This document shows, piece by piece, positions 29,101 to 38,859 of a DNA stretch of 64,000 nt (position 1 is the stretch's first letter; each line of letters starts with the position of its first letter). The stretch lies in the IMG/VR virus record IMGVR_UViG_3300035208_000248; one strand, given 5' to 3'. This stretch comes from an uncultured virus (IMG/VR IMGVR_UViG_3300035208_000248) (lineage: Duplodnaviria; Heunggongvirae; Uroviricota; Caudoviricetes). A program made the position numbers and the translations under genes. Below the pieces are notes generated by a model that saw only the letters and a program-made list of their open reading frames with translations, searched no databases and was not told the DNA's origin.

Positions 29101-30275
29101 GTATTTGTAAGAGGATCAAAATAATCATTTGTGATTTGATAAAGTGTTTCTTTAGCTCCTCCGAAACAAATTGCACTAGTAGTTTCATTTCTTAATTCAA
29201 CACCCTTCTTAACAGATATAGTACCACTACCGTCACCAATAAAATTAGAAATGGTTGTTAGACTTGGTTGTGTAGTACGTCTAACAGTTCTAATCTTAAT
29301 AATTTTTACAACACCGCTCGAAGAAATATTAGAACGCACAGGAATTAATTCAATATAAAAATCATAACCAGCAGCATCACACAAACTCGTAATCAGAGTT
29401 AAAATATCTATACTATCACCAGCTATTCTCCAATATGTAGGAGGTATTGGTAAATCGCTAAAATCAATCATATATTCTGAATGACGAACCATAGAAATGA
29501 TTCCACCATTACTAATAGGAACTGCTCTATCAGATCGTAATAATCCATAATCACCAGTATTACAACCTCTATATAATATTCGACCATATGGAGACCATTG
29601 ATTCAACAATTTTGGATTACGATTACATAAAACATTTAAACCATTTAATAATTGGGTCCATAATATACCATTATTATTATTTAAAGCTCCACCATAATGA
29701 TATGCAGGACTGCCAAAGGTGGGACCATCAATACAAACAGGAAAAAGTTCACTATCAACGCTATAAGCTCCATTAACTAATGATAATGGTGGAGCGTTTA
29801 TAGTACCTACAGATTCTAAAAAACCATATACATTAAAAACATTAGGTAATGATTGTACACTACCAGCATATTTACTAAGAATAATTTTACTATTTTCTAA
29901 TAATAAACGAGGATCAGAAAGAACTACATTATATATAGGATTACCACTAGTACTCTTTTCTTCTTCCCAACTTTGAATTAAACCACAAAATTCAAAATCT
30001 CCTACACGAAAATATGCAGGACAACCTATTATGTCTTGTGTTAACCCCATAAAACCAGGATCAGCATTGGTTGTTATAGCATATCTTAATGAAGTAGTAT
30101 AAAATATACGTGTGGCTCCAACACAAGTATCTTTAATTAAACGTACTGTTAAATTAGTAGTTTCACCACCCCATCCAGCGTTGGCCGTAAAAGATACAAC
30201 ACTACAACCTAAAAATAGTGTTTGGGAAAATGGACCAGCTAATGTTGTCGAGTCGCATGTTTTGGGATTTGACAT
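26124..30275 (-). CDS. Large tail/baseplate-type virion protein
   Basis: 1383 aa, beta-rich, second gene downstream of the tape measure. Confidence 0.6.
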   Translation of the reverse strand: MSNPKTCDSTTLAGPFSQTLFLGCSVVSFTANAGWGGETTNLTVRLIKDTCVGATRIFYTTSLRYAITTNADPGFMGLTQDIIGCPAYFRVGDFEFCGLIQSWEEEKSTSGNPIYNVVLSDPRLLLENSKIILSKYAGSVQSLPNVFNVYGFLESVGTINAPPLSLVNGAYSVDSELFPVCIDGPTFGSPAYHYGGALNNNNGILWTQLLNGLNVLCNRNPKLLNQWSPYGRILYRGCNTGDYGLLRSDRAVPISNGGIISMVRHSEYMIDFSDLPIPPTYWRIAGDSIDILTLITSLCDAAGYDFYIELIPVRSNISSSGVVKIIKIRTVRRTTQPSLTTISNFIGDGSGTISVKKGVELRNETTSAICFGGAKETLYQITNDYFDPLTNTDINDIILPYFGLEPLTNNTIVPVLDDVFNQWIIDVDATWINTNLTSSGVNFVGDLINGSRYAYITETEMMAALAGFDQWTEMISVLANAVGGDGRAKSSIGVALSGLISKTDVNNMFAYMEGDAGLQVGHLQLHPPTKTLLPDAIDGYLEERAFKQQWEDAHTLHQWVLSFAERLGKSFQVRVPYTCARIDEENAQILISEYPTDGGWTEQNILGIARNSPYLGFFQHEDNRINALIVLNDTSTSSIPKDVSFLGDTYGILGDKIYIKAQVDPEYVFENKLTATGPRAVLNIAGGVPILNDAFLNPNSGIADNTLSAHTRHLIMCADAYRHTYDKSAGWFENTKTKLIELDKQAGSKTTKNYFPYTYDTVPYGAAFGIHSNLLTYGPWFKLGLMGGTKIEQDEGLVPWEYNSYQYMNIAGQSKADEGLTNMQAGEKGEITVPGYPTLPLGAELGAVAGGLFAAGSQCVKNRTISLTSVNVGTSKKNSCVSWKSPGRWTGAYGPNITSINVSISTQGIQTTYTMSTYTPKFGRFTKYNADRLKQVGQLSLKAQKVFSNRFLLASKASFNSELRGGQRNYRLNLQDVGIMGLSQTAHPLLVGSMSNTINGYKFTNVVTEPFSDVYSELAGYENKAFMSLEGLLRPISLYGDGGLPRLATPLNTATDLATPLGAQFPVYNSGTPEYWLQISNSYLQPLQNPGDDATLRSSGTCSSGVGHDFLILGRESGYPSGSQGQGLIIPNFSGETTNDYAEDYRLLALRGPLLMQSWGYDTDGKPIPNAADNVTDASGGTFTATNLQDNFLDSWLRKPQTWPVAPVDLRYDRQRGVWVSPPSYSMMLGTISGGLGPKSNGTAFILDGPTIYNSGGQVIDYSTSGVTVPVSNKLDVSYSSGDLAYIVYNNKVDEFWIFGGTSLGVAWATTTGDVCPADSTFNVTDLKLGNGSTWDTTGIVKNSPDNYTIAAGTRGKIIFMYDDDSEWAWHPLDFDYDCENSC

Positions 30276-30284
30276 ATGTGTTTC

Positions 30285-31802
30285 CTAATATAATGTGGCT
30301 ACACTAGTTCCTGAATCTGTACAGCTATTATAAAGCCACGATACACTTCTGTTATATTTACCTATGGTTGGTTGCCAATTAATTTTATCATCTGTTTTAA
30401 CCAATGTTGTATAAGCACTGTCTAAATTGGATTCTACACTACTAATAAGAGTCTTAACAGCAGTGTGTGGACTACCACCACCAGCACCTATACCCAATAA
30501 TTTAGCAGTACAACCACTAGGAATGGGCATATTAACATCAACTATCATAGATAACATAAATGGTGTTCTAGTCCCCATTAATTGAATAATTGGACCGCTT
30601 GCACGTCCTAATACATCAATACTAGCATATACGTCTGTTGGATAGGTATAATTAAAAGTAATATCTTCTGATAGTGATCCATCCACACAATCTCCTATAG
30701 CTTTATTACTATATTCATAAGTATAATTAATAGTACCATTAGGTACATTCATACCAACACTCTTATTTATACGATTTGGATTTAAAGCAAGAGTACTACT
30801 ATCAAACATACTATTAAAGGCAACCACACATCTAGGTAATAAACGACTTTGTACAGCACTCCAATAATCAGAAGCATTTGACCAACGAGATGTAGTAATC
30901 CCACCATTAACAATATCTACTCCGTTATAATTTACGGTTTCTAATCCTTGTATACTACCTTGAATAGAAGTAGTTATAATATCATTATCTGATGATGATT
31001 TAATATCTATTGTAAAATCTTCTAAAGCATTACCAGCAACTCCACCAGATGCAGTATTTAATAATAACCAAGTTTCAATCAAACTATATTTACCGGCCTT
31101 TTCTGATACATTTTGTGTACGCATATGGTTATATGCTGTCACATTAGCTTTTGGTAAACTAAAAATACTTGGTGTACCATCTGGATAACCCATATTACCA
31201 CTACAAAAATCTCTAGCATATTCCCAAGCTGCCTTATCACTCGTAAGAGTACTAGTATCACTATAAGATGTAATACCCTTGGCCGATAAATTATGTGTCA
31301 ATTTATAAATATAAGGTCTCGCATCTTGTCCGGTACTTAATGTCCAAGTATAATAAGATTTATCTTCAATAAGCTCCATCGACCAATCATCAACAATATT
31401 ATCCACATTATCTGTATTAGTAACTTCACTAGTTGGTAAAGTATCGTCTTTTTCAAGTTCAATAGTATAATTAACACTACTAACCCAGTTATTACTACTT
31501 GAGGGAAAAGTTAAACTATTAATACGTGGATTACAAGTTAATAAATCACTACCATCACACTGAATTGTAAAAGCAGAACCTTGTTCATTAAAAGCATTTA
31601 TTAAACCATCTTTTAAACTCATAAGATTAGCTATACCGGCGTCACTATCTGGTAATGGAGTTAATACACCATCAAGAGTTATTTTAGTTGTAGTGTATAA
31701 AATTCGCCCATCTTCTGTTTTATGATAATCACGATTAATACGTACAGACGGAACCGGATCAAAACTATAGGCTCCATAAGTCATTGTAACTGTAGTAGAC
31801 AT
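30285..31802 (-). CDS. Putative distal tail/virion protein
   Basis: S/T-rich; immediately follows the tape measure. Confidence 0.55.
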   Translation of the reverse strand: MSTTVTMTYGAYSFDPVPSVRINRDYHKTEDGRILYTTTKITLDGVLTPLPDSDAGIANLMSLKDGLINAFNEQGSAFTIQCDGSDLLTCNPRINSLTFPSSSNNWVSSVNYTIELEKDDTLPTSEVTNTDNVDNIVDDWSMELIEDKSYYTWTLSTGQDARPYIYKLTHNLSAKGITSYSDTSTLTSDKAAWEYARDFCSGNMGYPDGTPSIFSLPKANVTAYNHMRTQNVSEKAGKYSLIETWLLLNTASGGVAGNALEDFTIDIKSSSDNDIITTSIQGSIQGLETVNYNGVDIVNGGITTSRWSNASDYWSAVQSRLLPRCVVAFNSMFDSSTLALNPNRINKSVGMNVPNGTINYTYEYSNKAIGDCVDGSLSEDITFNYTYPTDVYASIDVLGRASGPIIQLMGTRTPFMLSMIVDVNMPIPSGCTAKLLGIGAGGGSPHTAVKTLISSVESNLDSAYTTLVKTDDKINWQPTIGKYNRSVSWLYNSCTDSGTSVATLY

Positions 31803-31814
31803 ATTTTTATTCCT

Positions 31815-34800
31815 TTATGCGATTGCAGTTTCCCCAGTATTAGGATCAATACTACGAGCCACACGTTGATCTATCATTTTATTAAAAGCTGGAACCATTT
31901 GATTAATTAAAGCCTGTGCGAAAGCCTCTTCACCAATTAAACGATGTGTGTGTTCCATTGGGGCGAAAGCCACTTCAATTTTTTCTGGAATATTTTTCTT
32001 GGCAAAATTATCTAACGAATCCGCCAGTCTAGCCGATGATTGATCAAATAAAGCAAAATCTAAAATCTTTTGTCTTTGTTCTCGATTGACATTTTCTTCA
32101 CCACGCCGAACTTCATCTAAATTTGTACGTGCATTAGATATACCTGCTTCGCCCGCACGTCTTTGTATTCCTTGAAATCCACCAATTTGACCAGTTAAAC
32201 GATTTTGTTCTGCTACATTTGCATCTAACGCTTGTCCTAAACCAGGAATAGCTCTAGTTGCCATATTACCAATTAAACGTGAATTCGCCGCTGCCTTTTC
32301 TGGGTTCATACCTTGTTCAATAGGAGCAGATATAGACTGACCACGTTGTATAGCTTGCCAATCCATAAAGTTTCTAGGTACAAAAGTTCCGTTTAATGAA
32401 CCTTGATATTTGGTCATATCTCTATTAGCCTTCATTCTTTCCATAGGATTCATTGTTAATAATCCCATAGCTCCTTGTCCAAGTTGAGACTCTCTTGATC
32501 TTAATTCATTAATTTTATTTAAAGCCACTTGTTGAGCGGTGTTATCATTATGTAACATTTCCAAAAGAGTATTACCTTGATTAATAGTATTTTGTACTTC
32601 TTGCAAACGTTCTGCAACTATATCAGTTTGTGGCATTGCTTGTAATTGTGTACGTTCTGTCATTAAACTACCCATACGGCCCTGAATAGCGTCTACATCC
32701 ATCCACTGATTAGCTTGTAATCCAAAATTTTGAGCCTGAGACCCCATTCTCGCCGCCGTTGGAGCAAAAGTCTCTTCCGCCGATAATGTATATCCAGGTC
32801 TAGTTAATGATGTCATAAAATTAGTTTGTTCCGCCACTTGTACTCTAGCCGCCGTTTGTGCATCGTTAATTCTATTTTTCATTTCTAACTGCATACGTAG
32901 AGATTCTAAATGTTGTTTTGATACTTCTAATAGTTGTTTTTCTATAGCTAAAGCTTGTTTTTTAATAGGTTCTATACGTTCGTCAAATTCAGATAAAAAT
33001 CCCTTTACGGCACCTTCTTTACTTAAAAATGCACCAAGATTTTGTGTACTGCTCTCTTTAGATGTGCCCGAAATAAAAGCACTCTCTAATTTACCTGAAA
33101 AATATTCTGTTTCTGACGGGTCCAGTTTCTTTTTATCAGCCAAAATCTTAAATGCTTTTTGTATGTCAGAAATACTAGATGACGACGACATTTTATTAAA
33201 CATTTCTAAAATAGCAGGTTGAATATCGGTATAGGTTTCTAAATTTTGTGCAAAACCAGCATTGTTTTTAACTGGATTACCTCTGGCGTCTAATCTATTA
33301 AACTTACCAGGACCAGGAACACCAAGTTCACCCATCATACTATTATATGTATTTTTTAATTCTTTACCACTAAATGCTCCCGCATTAGCAAATACTTGTG
33401 GACGTGTTGGTATGTAGCCAACAGAACCACTTGCAATCATTGAATTATATGATCTACGATTTGCACCAATATCTCCAACCATACTAATTTGAGCAGCAGA
33501 TTTTTCTAATTTACGTGTCCAATATTCAACATTTAAATTCACTTTGCCTGTAACATTTTCCAATTCTAAAGTTTTAGCAATTAAAACCTCTCTAGCTTTT
33601 AATTCTCGTTGTATACTTGCAATTTGTTGTTTACCTAAATTTACATCAAATTTTTCCTGTTGTTCTTTAGCAGTAATAACTTTTCCATCTGCTAACACTA
33701 CATCTTGTTTACTTGATCTAGCCGCAAATTGTTCAGATGTCATATTAGCTCTGCCTAATACAGCCAATGTTTTTGGTGATAAACTATCTAAATCAGCAGA
33801 TTTTAATTTACCTGATTCCATTCCTTCTGACAATACTTTCATAATAGCTGTAGCAGCCGGTTCAGCTTGTGTACGCATATCATCAGACTGTATAGTTTGA
33901 GCACTATCAATTTGTTTAAAACGTTCTTGTATAACACCTTCTTTACCACCAAACATAGTTCTTAATGATTGTCCGGCCATATTCATAAAGCCACCCTGGT
34001 TAAATGAAGCGTAGGTAGCAGAACCCAAATCTTTACCAAACATTCCTCCGCCAGCAACATTAGCTCCATAAGCCAACCAACTATTACGTTCTTTGCGATC
34101 TTGTACATTTGCTAGTTTATTAGCAGCATCCACACTCTTATTCATAGCACTCTCAAAATCTTTTAATGTTCCACCATGAGCCAAATTTTTAATAGCTATA
34201 TCCAAATCTTTGATACTAGTTTCTAATTGTTCTGTAGCTATTCTATTATCTTTATTAATACCGGCATCTTTAATACCTTTAAATCCACCAGCTAAAGCAC
34301 CTACCGTAGCACCAATAGGTCCAAGTTTTGCACCACCTGCCATTCCACCAACAGCACCACCTAACATACTACCCATAACACCACCACTTAAAGCACCACT
34401 AGCTCCTTGTCCAACCTGACTTTCATCACCTAATGTATAATCAAGACCTAAAGAAGCTAATAAAGCTATAATGTTTTTATTTTTAAATGCTTTTCCAAGC
34501 ATGTTAGTACCCGTACCAGTACTACCCCATGTTCTACCTCTAGATTTAAGACGATTCCAACCTCTTTTTATACCACCACTAAAACTTCTAGATTTTCCTG
34601 GTACTCTTCTAAATTCTCCATCAATAATAGTATCATCCACACCTACACCAACACCAGGATGAGGTATAGGTAATTGTTCCTTAAATGGAATTAATGCACC
34701 ACCAGCAAAATGTCCAACACGTCCAGCCTTATTAATACCATCTAAGAAACTTTTACCAACTCTTTTAACAGCCTTTTTATTAATAACATATTCACCAGGA

Positions 34801-36401
34801 GTTAACATCGCTGGTACACTATCAGACTCTCCACTACCACCAATACTACCACCACTTGCTTTATGTAATATATTCGCCACACCTTGTATACCTGGACCAA
34901 AACCTTTTAATAATCCCGGCACCTTTGATGCGATTTTCATTCCACCTAATAAAGCTATATATGGAATAACAGGAGCTAACACTTCTCCTAAACGTATAAA
35001 AGCATTTGTCAAAGCTATAGTAATTTGTAAAATATTATTAAATGCAGCCGACTGAGATATAGTACGAATTAAAGCTAAAAATCTTTCATTAGTTTTAGTC
35101 AGTTGTACGTTCCACGATTGTTGAGCCTTTTCTTGATCTCTTGTTAAAGAACCCCTACTTTGTTGTGCGGCACGTAAAGCATTTTCACGCATTTCTGTTT
35201 GTAACAATATTGGAATAACTTTATTAATTTGTCGATATCCACCAAGAATTTCGGCAATTCTAAAAAATCTAACATCTCTTACATCCATACTATTCATAGC
35301 TATAGAAATACGATTAATAGCTTCATACGCACCAACAAACTTACCATTAATGTCTGTTAAGGATACTCCTAATTGTTTAAAGGTTTCTATACTTTGTGGA
35401 CGTGCCAAACGAGTAAAAATAGTTCTCATACCAGTAGCAATACTTTCAGCACTTTCTCGCGTAGTAGCTCTCACAGAAGTAAATACCGCCATAAACTCAT
35501 TAAGAGCCTGTTGACCTTCGGACACACCCTTAGACATTGTAGCAAAGGCACCACCAGAAATTTTAATAGCAGTAATAATATCCTGAGACTCTACCGCATA
35601 TTTAGCTGCTACAGTATTCATAGCATCCAATGCCTTTTCTGAATCTCTAGCTGAAATATTAAACTGGGCCATTAAAGCAATTAAACCCTCTGTAGTTTTG
35701 CCTAAATCATCAAATGTTGGTGCCAATGTAGTTTTCGCTAATCCTTCTAAAGCATATTTTGTATCTGTAGCAGATAAGCCAGCCTGAATTAAAGTATCAC
35801 TAACTTCAATTAAAGATTTAGCAGATACTCCCATAGTAGTACTAATTTTTGTAATAGTTGAAGATAAACCACTCATACTTGATGTACTAGTCTGAGCAAT
35901 TTGAGCCAATCTCACAATTTGATGTTGAAAATCAATAGCGGCAGAAATACCCTCTTTGATCTTCATTCCAAATCCTAATATAATTCCCGTAGCCAAAGAG
36001 AATCCAGCAAAACGACGAACAGCTAAACCAGCAGCATGACCAAAGCTAGTCACAGCATTTGTTGTTTCTGTCATTACCTTTTTAACTTTTGCAGTAGCTA
36101 CGGTTGTCGCATTTAAAGAAGTGTTTAATTTGGGTGTTTTAACTCCTGTCACAGCGGTACTTAAATTACCTAGAGCACTCGCAGCACTATTTGCACTACT
36201 CGTAGTATTAGCTAAGGTTGTATTAAAAGCAGTAAAGGCAGCATTTAATTTAGTAATATTAGGAGCAAGTTTAGGATCATATTTAACATCAATGGTTGCT
36301 TTAATATTACCTACAGATGTACGAATTTTTTGCGTAACCTCTTTAAGATTTGCGGGTCCAGAAAGTATTAAAGCTGCATTAATATTAAATGATCTAGCCA
36401 T
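31815..36401 (-). CDS. Tail tape measure protein (TP901-like core)
   Basis: 1528 aa helical; RESAESIATGMRTIFTRL and DSVPAMLTPGEYVINK motifs. Confidence 0.88.
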   Translation of the reverse strand: MARSFNINAALILSGPANLKEVTQKIRTSVGNIKATIDVKYDPKLAPNITKLNAAFTAFNTTLANTTSSANSAASALGNLSTAVTGVKTPKLNTSLNATTVATAKVKKVMTETTNAVTSFGHAAGLAVRRFAGFSLATGIILGFGMKIKEGISAAIDFQHQIVRLAQIAQTSTSSMSGLSSTITKISTTMGVSAKSLIEVSDTLIQAGLSATDTKYALEGLAKTTLAPTFDDLGKTTEGLIALMAQFNISARDSEKALDAMNTVAAKYAVESQDIITAIKISGGAFATMSKGVSEGQQALNEFMAVFTSVRATTRESAESIATGMRTIFTRLARPQSIETFKQLGVSLTDINGKFVGAYEAINRISIAMNSMDVRDVRFFRIAEILGGYRQINKVIPILLQTEMRENALRAAQQSRGSLTRDQEKAQQSWNVQLTKTNERFLALIRTISQSAAFNNILQITIALTNAFIRLGEVLAPVIPYIALLGGMKIASKVPGLLKGFGPGIQGVANILHKASGGSIGGSGESDSVPAMLTPGEYVINKKAVKRVGKSFLDGINKAGRVGHFAGGALIPFKEQLPIPHPGVGVGVDDTIIDGEFRRVPGKSRSFSGGIKRGWNRLKSRGRTWGSTGTGTNMLGKAFKNKNIIALLASLGLDYTLGDESQVGQGASGALSGGVMGSMLGGAVGGMAGGAKLGPIGATVGALAGGFKGIKDAGINKDNRIATEQLETSIKDLDIAIKNLAHGGTLKDFESAMNKSVDAANKLANVQDRKERNSWLAYGANVAGGGMFGKDLGSATYASFNQGGFMNMAGQSLRTMFGGKEGVIQERFKQIDSAQTIQSDDMRTQAEPAATAIMKVLSEGMESGKLKSADLDSLSPKTLAVLGRANMTSEQFAARSSKQDVVLADGKVITAKEQQEKFDVNLGKQQIASIQRELKAREVLIAKTLELENVTGKVNLNVEYWTRKLEKSAAQISMVGDIGANRRSYNSMIASGSVGYIPTRPQVFANAGAFSGKELKNTYNSMMGELGVPGPGKFNRLDARGNPVKNNAGFAQNLETYTDIQPAILEMFNKMSSSSSISDIQKAFKILADKKKLDPSETEYFSGKLESAFISGTSKESSTQNLGAFLSKEGAVKGFLSEFDERIEPIKKQALAIEKQLLEVSKQHLESLRMQLEMKNRINDAQTAARVQVAEQTNFMTSLTRPGYTLSAEETFAPTAARMGSQAQNFGLQANQWMDVDAIQGRMGSLMTERTQLQAMPQTDIVAERLQEVQNTINQGNTLLEMLHNDNTAQQVALNKINELRSRESQLGQGAMGLLTMNPMERMKANRDMTKYQGSLNGTFVPRNFMDWQAIQRGQSISAPIEQGMNPEKAAANSRLIGNMATRAIPGLGQALDANVAEQNRLTGQIGGFQGIQRRAGEAGISNARTNLDEVRRGEENVNREQRQKILDFALFDQSSARLADSLDNFAKKNIPEKIEVAFAPMEHTHRLIGEEAFAQALINQMVPAFNKMIDQRVARSIDPNTGETAIA

Positions 36402-36496
36402 TACTTCACTCCATAAAAAAAGATTATATCAAATAAATACTTACAGACACTTTTGCAGTTCTAAAGCACCTATCCGATATAATCACTATCCGCTAC

Positions 36497-37441
36497 TTAT
36501 TCTACACTTTTTTCTGTCAATAAATCTTCTGGTTCACTATTTTCGACATTTTCACTACGTAGTGAACTTTCAACATCTGCTGAAACCTCCACTTCTGGTG
36601 AAATTTTGACCTCTGGTACAGTTACACTTTCTGATAAAATTTCATTACCATTCTCATCTAAAAATGGTTTAGTATCCACAACATAATTACCCAAATCACT
36701 AATCAAATTCCCATATTTGTCAACAAATTTACCATCAGTATTAATATAACGACCATTTTCATCAACGAATCTACCTTCATTATCAACCAAACGACCATCT
36801 TTATTAATAAGCCGAAGTTTATCATCAACAAATTTCCACTTTATTAAAAATTGATTTTCTGGTAAAGACTTCTCTGCGTTTTCACCAATAGAATACATCA
36901 AATTAGCCAGTTTTTCAGCAGCGGTCGCCCCAATAATAGTCGTACTTTTCAACAAGTAATCTTCCATACTTGAAAAATAGAGTACTTCTTCACCTTTCTC
37001 ATTATTATACACCAAACACAGACTAACCAACGCATTAAAATGTGCATTATCAGCTTGACCTTCAGCGGTCATATTATCCAATATACTACGATCTACCAAC
37101 ATATCTCGCATTTTATTACGATAGTTTTTCATCTCTAAGGCAATTTTACGAGCTTCTGACAATTTAATACCACCAATAGTTAATTGTCTTTCACGTTCAA
37201 GAATTTTTTTGGTTAAATTATTATATTCGTTTTCACGCTCATCATCCCACTCACCTCTTGCACGTAAAAGTGTATTAAGTTGTCCGCGCAGTGGAGCCTT
37301 AGCATGTAAAGCCTCAACAAAAACCTCATTACGTATTTTTACAGCTTTTTTATAACTTTCTGGTGTTGGTTCATACACTTTAAAAGTAACATCTTTATCA
37401 TCTATCTTAGCTACAAAAGTTTCAAATTTACGATCTGACAT
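36497..37441 (-). CDS. Hypothetical (possible tail assembly chaperone) with 7-aa D/NxxGx(F/L)V repeats
   Basis: INKDGRLVDNEGRFVDENGRYINTDGKFVDKYGNL; located before the tape measure. Confidence 0.5.
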   Translation of the reverse strand: MSDRKFETFVAKIDDKDVTFKVYEPTPESYKKAVKIRNEVFVEALHAKAPLRGQLNTLLRARGEWDDERENEYNNLTKKILERERQLTIGGIKLSEARKIALEMKNYRNKMRDMLVDRSILDNMTAEGQADNAHFNALVSLCLVYNNEKGEEVLYFSSMEDYLLKSTTIIGATAAEKLANLMYSIGENAEKSLPENQFLIKWKFVDDKLRLINKDGRLVDNEGRFVDENGRYINTDGKFVDKYGNLISDLGNYVVDTKPFLDENGNEILSESVTVPEVKISPEVEVSADVESSLRSENVENSEPEDLLTEKSVE

Positions 37442-37824
37442 TATTGATCTCCTGTCTTAATATGGTTCCTATTAATAATAAATTCCGTTCGGTATTGGTT
37501 CCACGTAATATTGTATTCCGAAATTTCTTCAATCGCCGCTCTTAATTGATTGTTACAATGATTTAAAATTTCAGTTCTCAAATTATCCCATACCACCCTA
37601 AACTCTCGCTGATTTTTATCTAATATCGAAAAATCTTTTCCATGCCCCCATAAAAACCCAAGTTGTTCTTCACATCTTGCTAATGTACCAATCATAGCTG
37701 TGCGAAATTTTTTCTCAATATTAGCAATCAGCCTTTTTTTATGTCCAAGAGCTATACGTTCACTATTAACTTTTCGCACATTTTGATACATTTTGTGTAA
37801 TTGATTATAATTTACATTATCCAT
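37441..37824 (-). CDS. Hypothetical protein
   Basis: ORF track; translationally coupled. Confidence 0.6.
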   Translation of the reverse strand: MDNVNYNQLHKMYQNVRKVNSERIALGHKKRLIANIEKKFRTAMIGTLARCEEQLGFLWGHGKDFSILDKNQREFRVVWDNLRTEILNHCNNQLRAAIEEISEYNITWNQYRTEFIINRNHIKTGDQ

Positions 37825-38857
37825 GTCGTCCTCTAAATTGTTCTAGTGCCTTTTGTGAAATTTCCATTTTACGATCCAATAATTCAGATTCTTTCACAAC
37901 TCCAAGTTTGTCAATAGTAGCCTTACGTTGTGCTTTAACAAACTTGCTTTGTGGACTATTTAAATTTTCAATCCGCTTAATATCTTCTATATTTTTTGCA
38001 GGAATAAATACCTCTTGAGCATCCGATGGTATATTAGTCATATTATTAATAGTTTTATCTCCTTTATCTGCTTCTCTCTTACGTTTTTGTACAAGAAACC
38101 ATCCGTCCAAAGCGTCATCATCATCAATAATTCCTTGAGGAGGTTCTTCCGCACTTTCATATACAGAATCATACATTTTACTATATAATATCAAATGACG
38201 CTGATCTATACTTAATAATACACCATTAGAACTATCAAACATTCTTTCTTTATAAATTCTCCAATATGATAACCAAGGTTCTGTTCTAACTAATTCACGA
38301 TAAGTTGTGGAAGATATCGTAGAAAAAATATAAAAATTATGAATAGCACGTAATAAAAAATAACTAATATTATTGTCTATTTGTCCAAATACCAATTTGT
38401 TATTATTATATGTAGTTCTACATAATATATATTGTTGTGATAATAATTCACCTATACTTTCTAATGTTAAGTAATCTAAACTACATTTAATACCTTCTAA
38501 TCTATTAATTTCGGTATATAATATAGATAAATCTTCTTTTAGTCTAGAATATTGTGTAGTATTAAAAAATGACTTATAAATATCTACTTTACAATTTTCT
38601 ACATCTTCCTCTAGTTGTTTTAACTGATTATTATATTCATTTTTCCACAACCCGTTATATATTAATAATGGTTCACAATTTTTTTTACTAAAATAATCAT
38701 ATTTATTATCATCTATAAATGTTGTATATATATCTTGTGCGTCATTTAACACTTCTATTGACGGATTAAAAATAAAATATACAATATTATTAATTTTACA
38801 TTTTAATCGTCCAGATATTATACGATATACTAATCCTGTTCTTTCCTGTAAATTCAT
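37817..38857 (-). CDS. Hypothetical tail-module protein
   Basis: ORF track; IDDDDALDGW motif. Confidence 0.55.
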   Translation of the reverse strand: MNLQERTGLVYRIISGRLKCKINNIVYFIFNPSIEVLNDAQDIYTTFIDDNKYDYFSKKNCEPLLIYNGLWKNEYNNQLKQLEEDVENCKVDIYKSFFNTTQYSRLKEDLSILYTEINRLEGIKCSLDYLTLESIGELLSQQYILCRTTYNNNKLVFGQIDNNISYFLLRAIHNFYIFSTISSTTYRELVRTEPWLSYWRIYKERMFDSSNGVLLSIDQRHLILYSKMYDSVYESAEEPPQGIIDDDDALDGWFLVQKRKREADKGDKTINNMTNIPSDAQEVFIPAKNIEDIKRIENLNSPQSKFVKAQRKATIDKLGVVKESELLDRKMEISQKALEQFRGRHG

Positions 38858-38859
38858 GT

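Noticed and set aside
36415..36484. Inverted repeat GATTATATC...GATATAATC before the tape measure
   Set aside because: Possible terminator, but the loop is long and the stem AT-rich, so support is insufficient.
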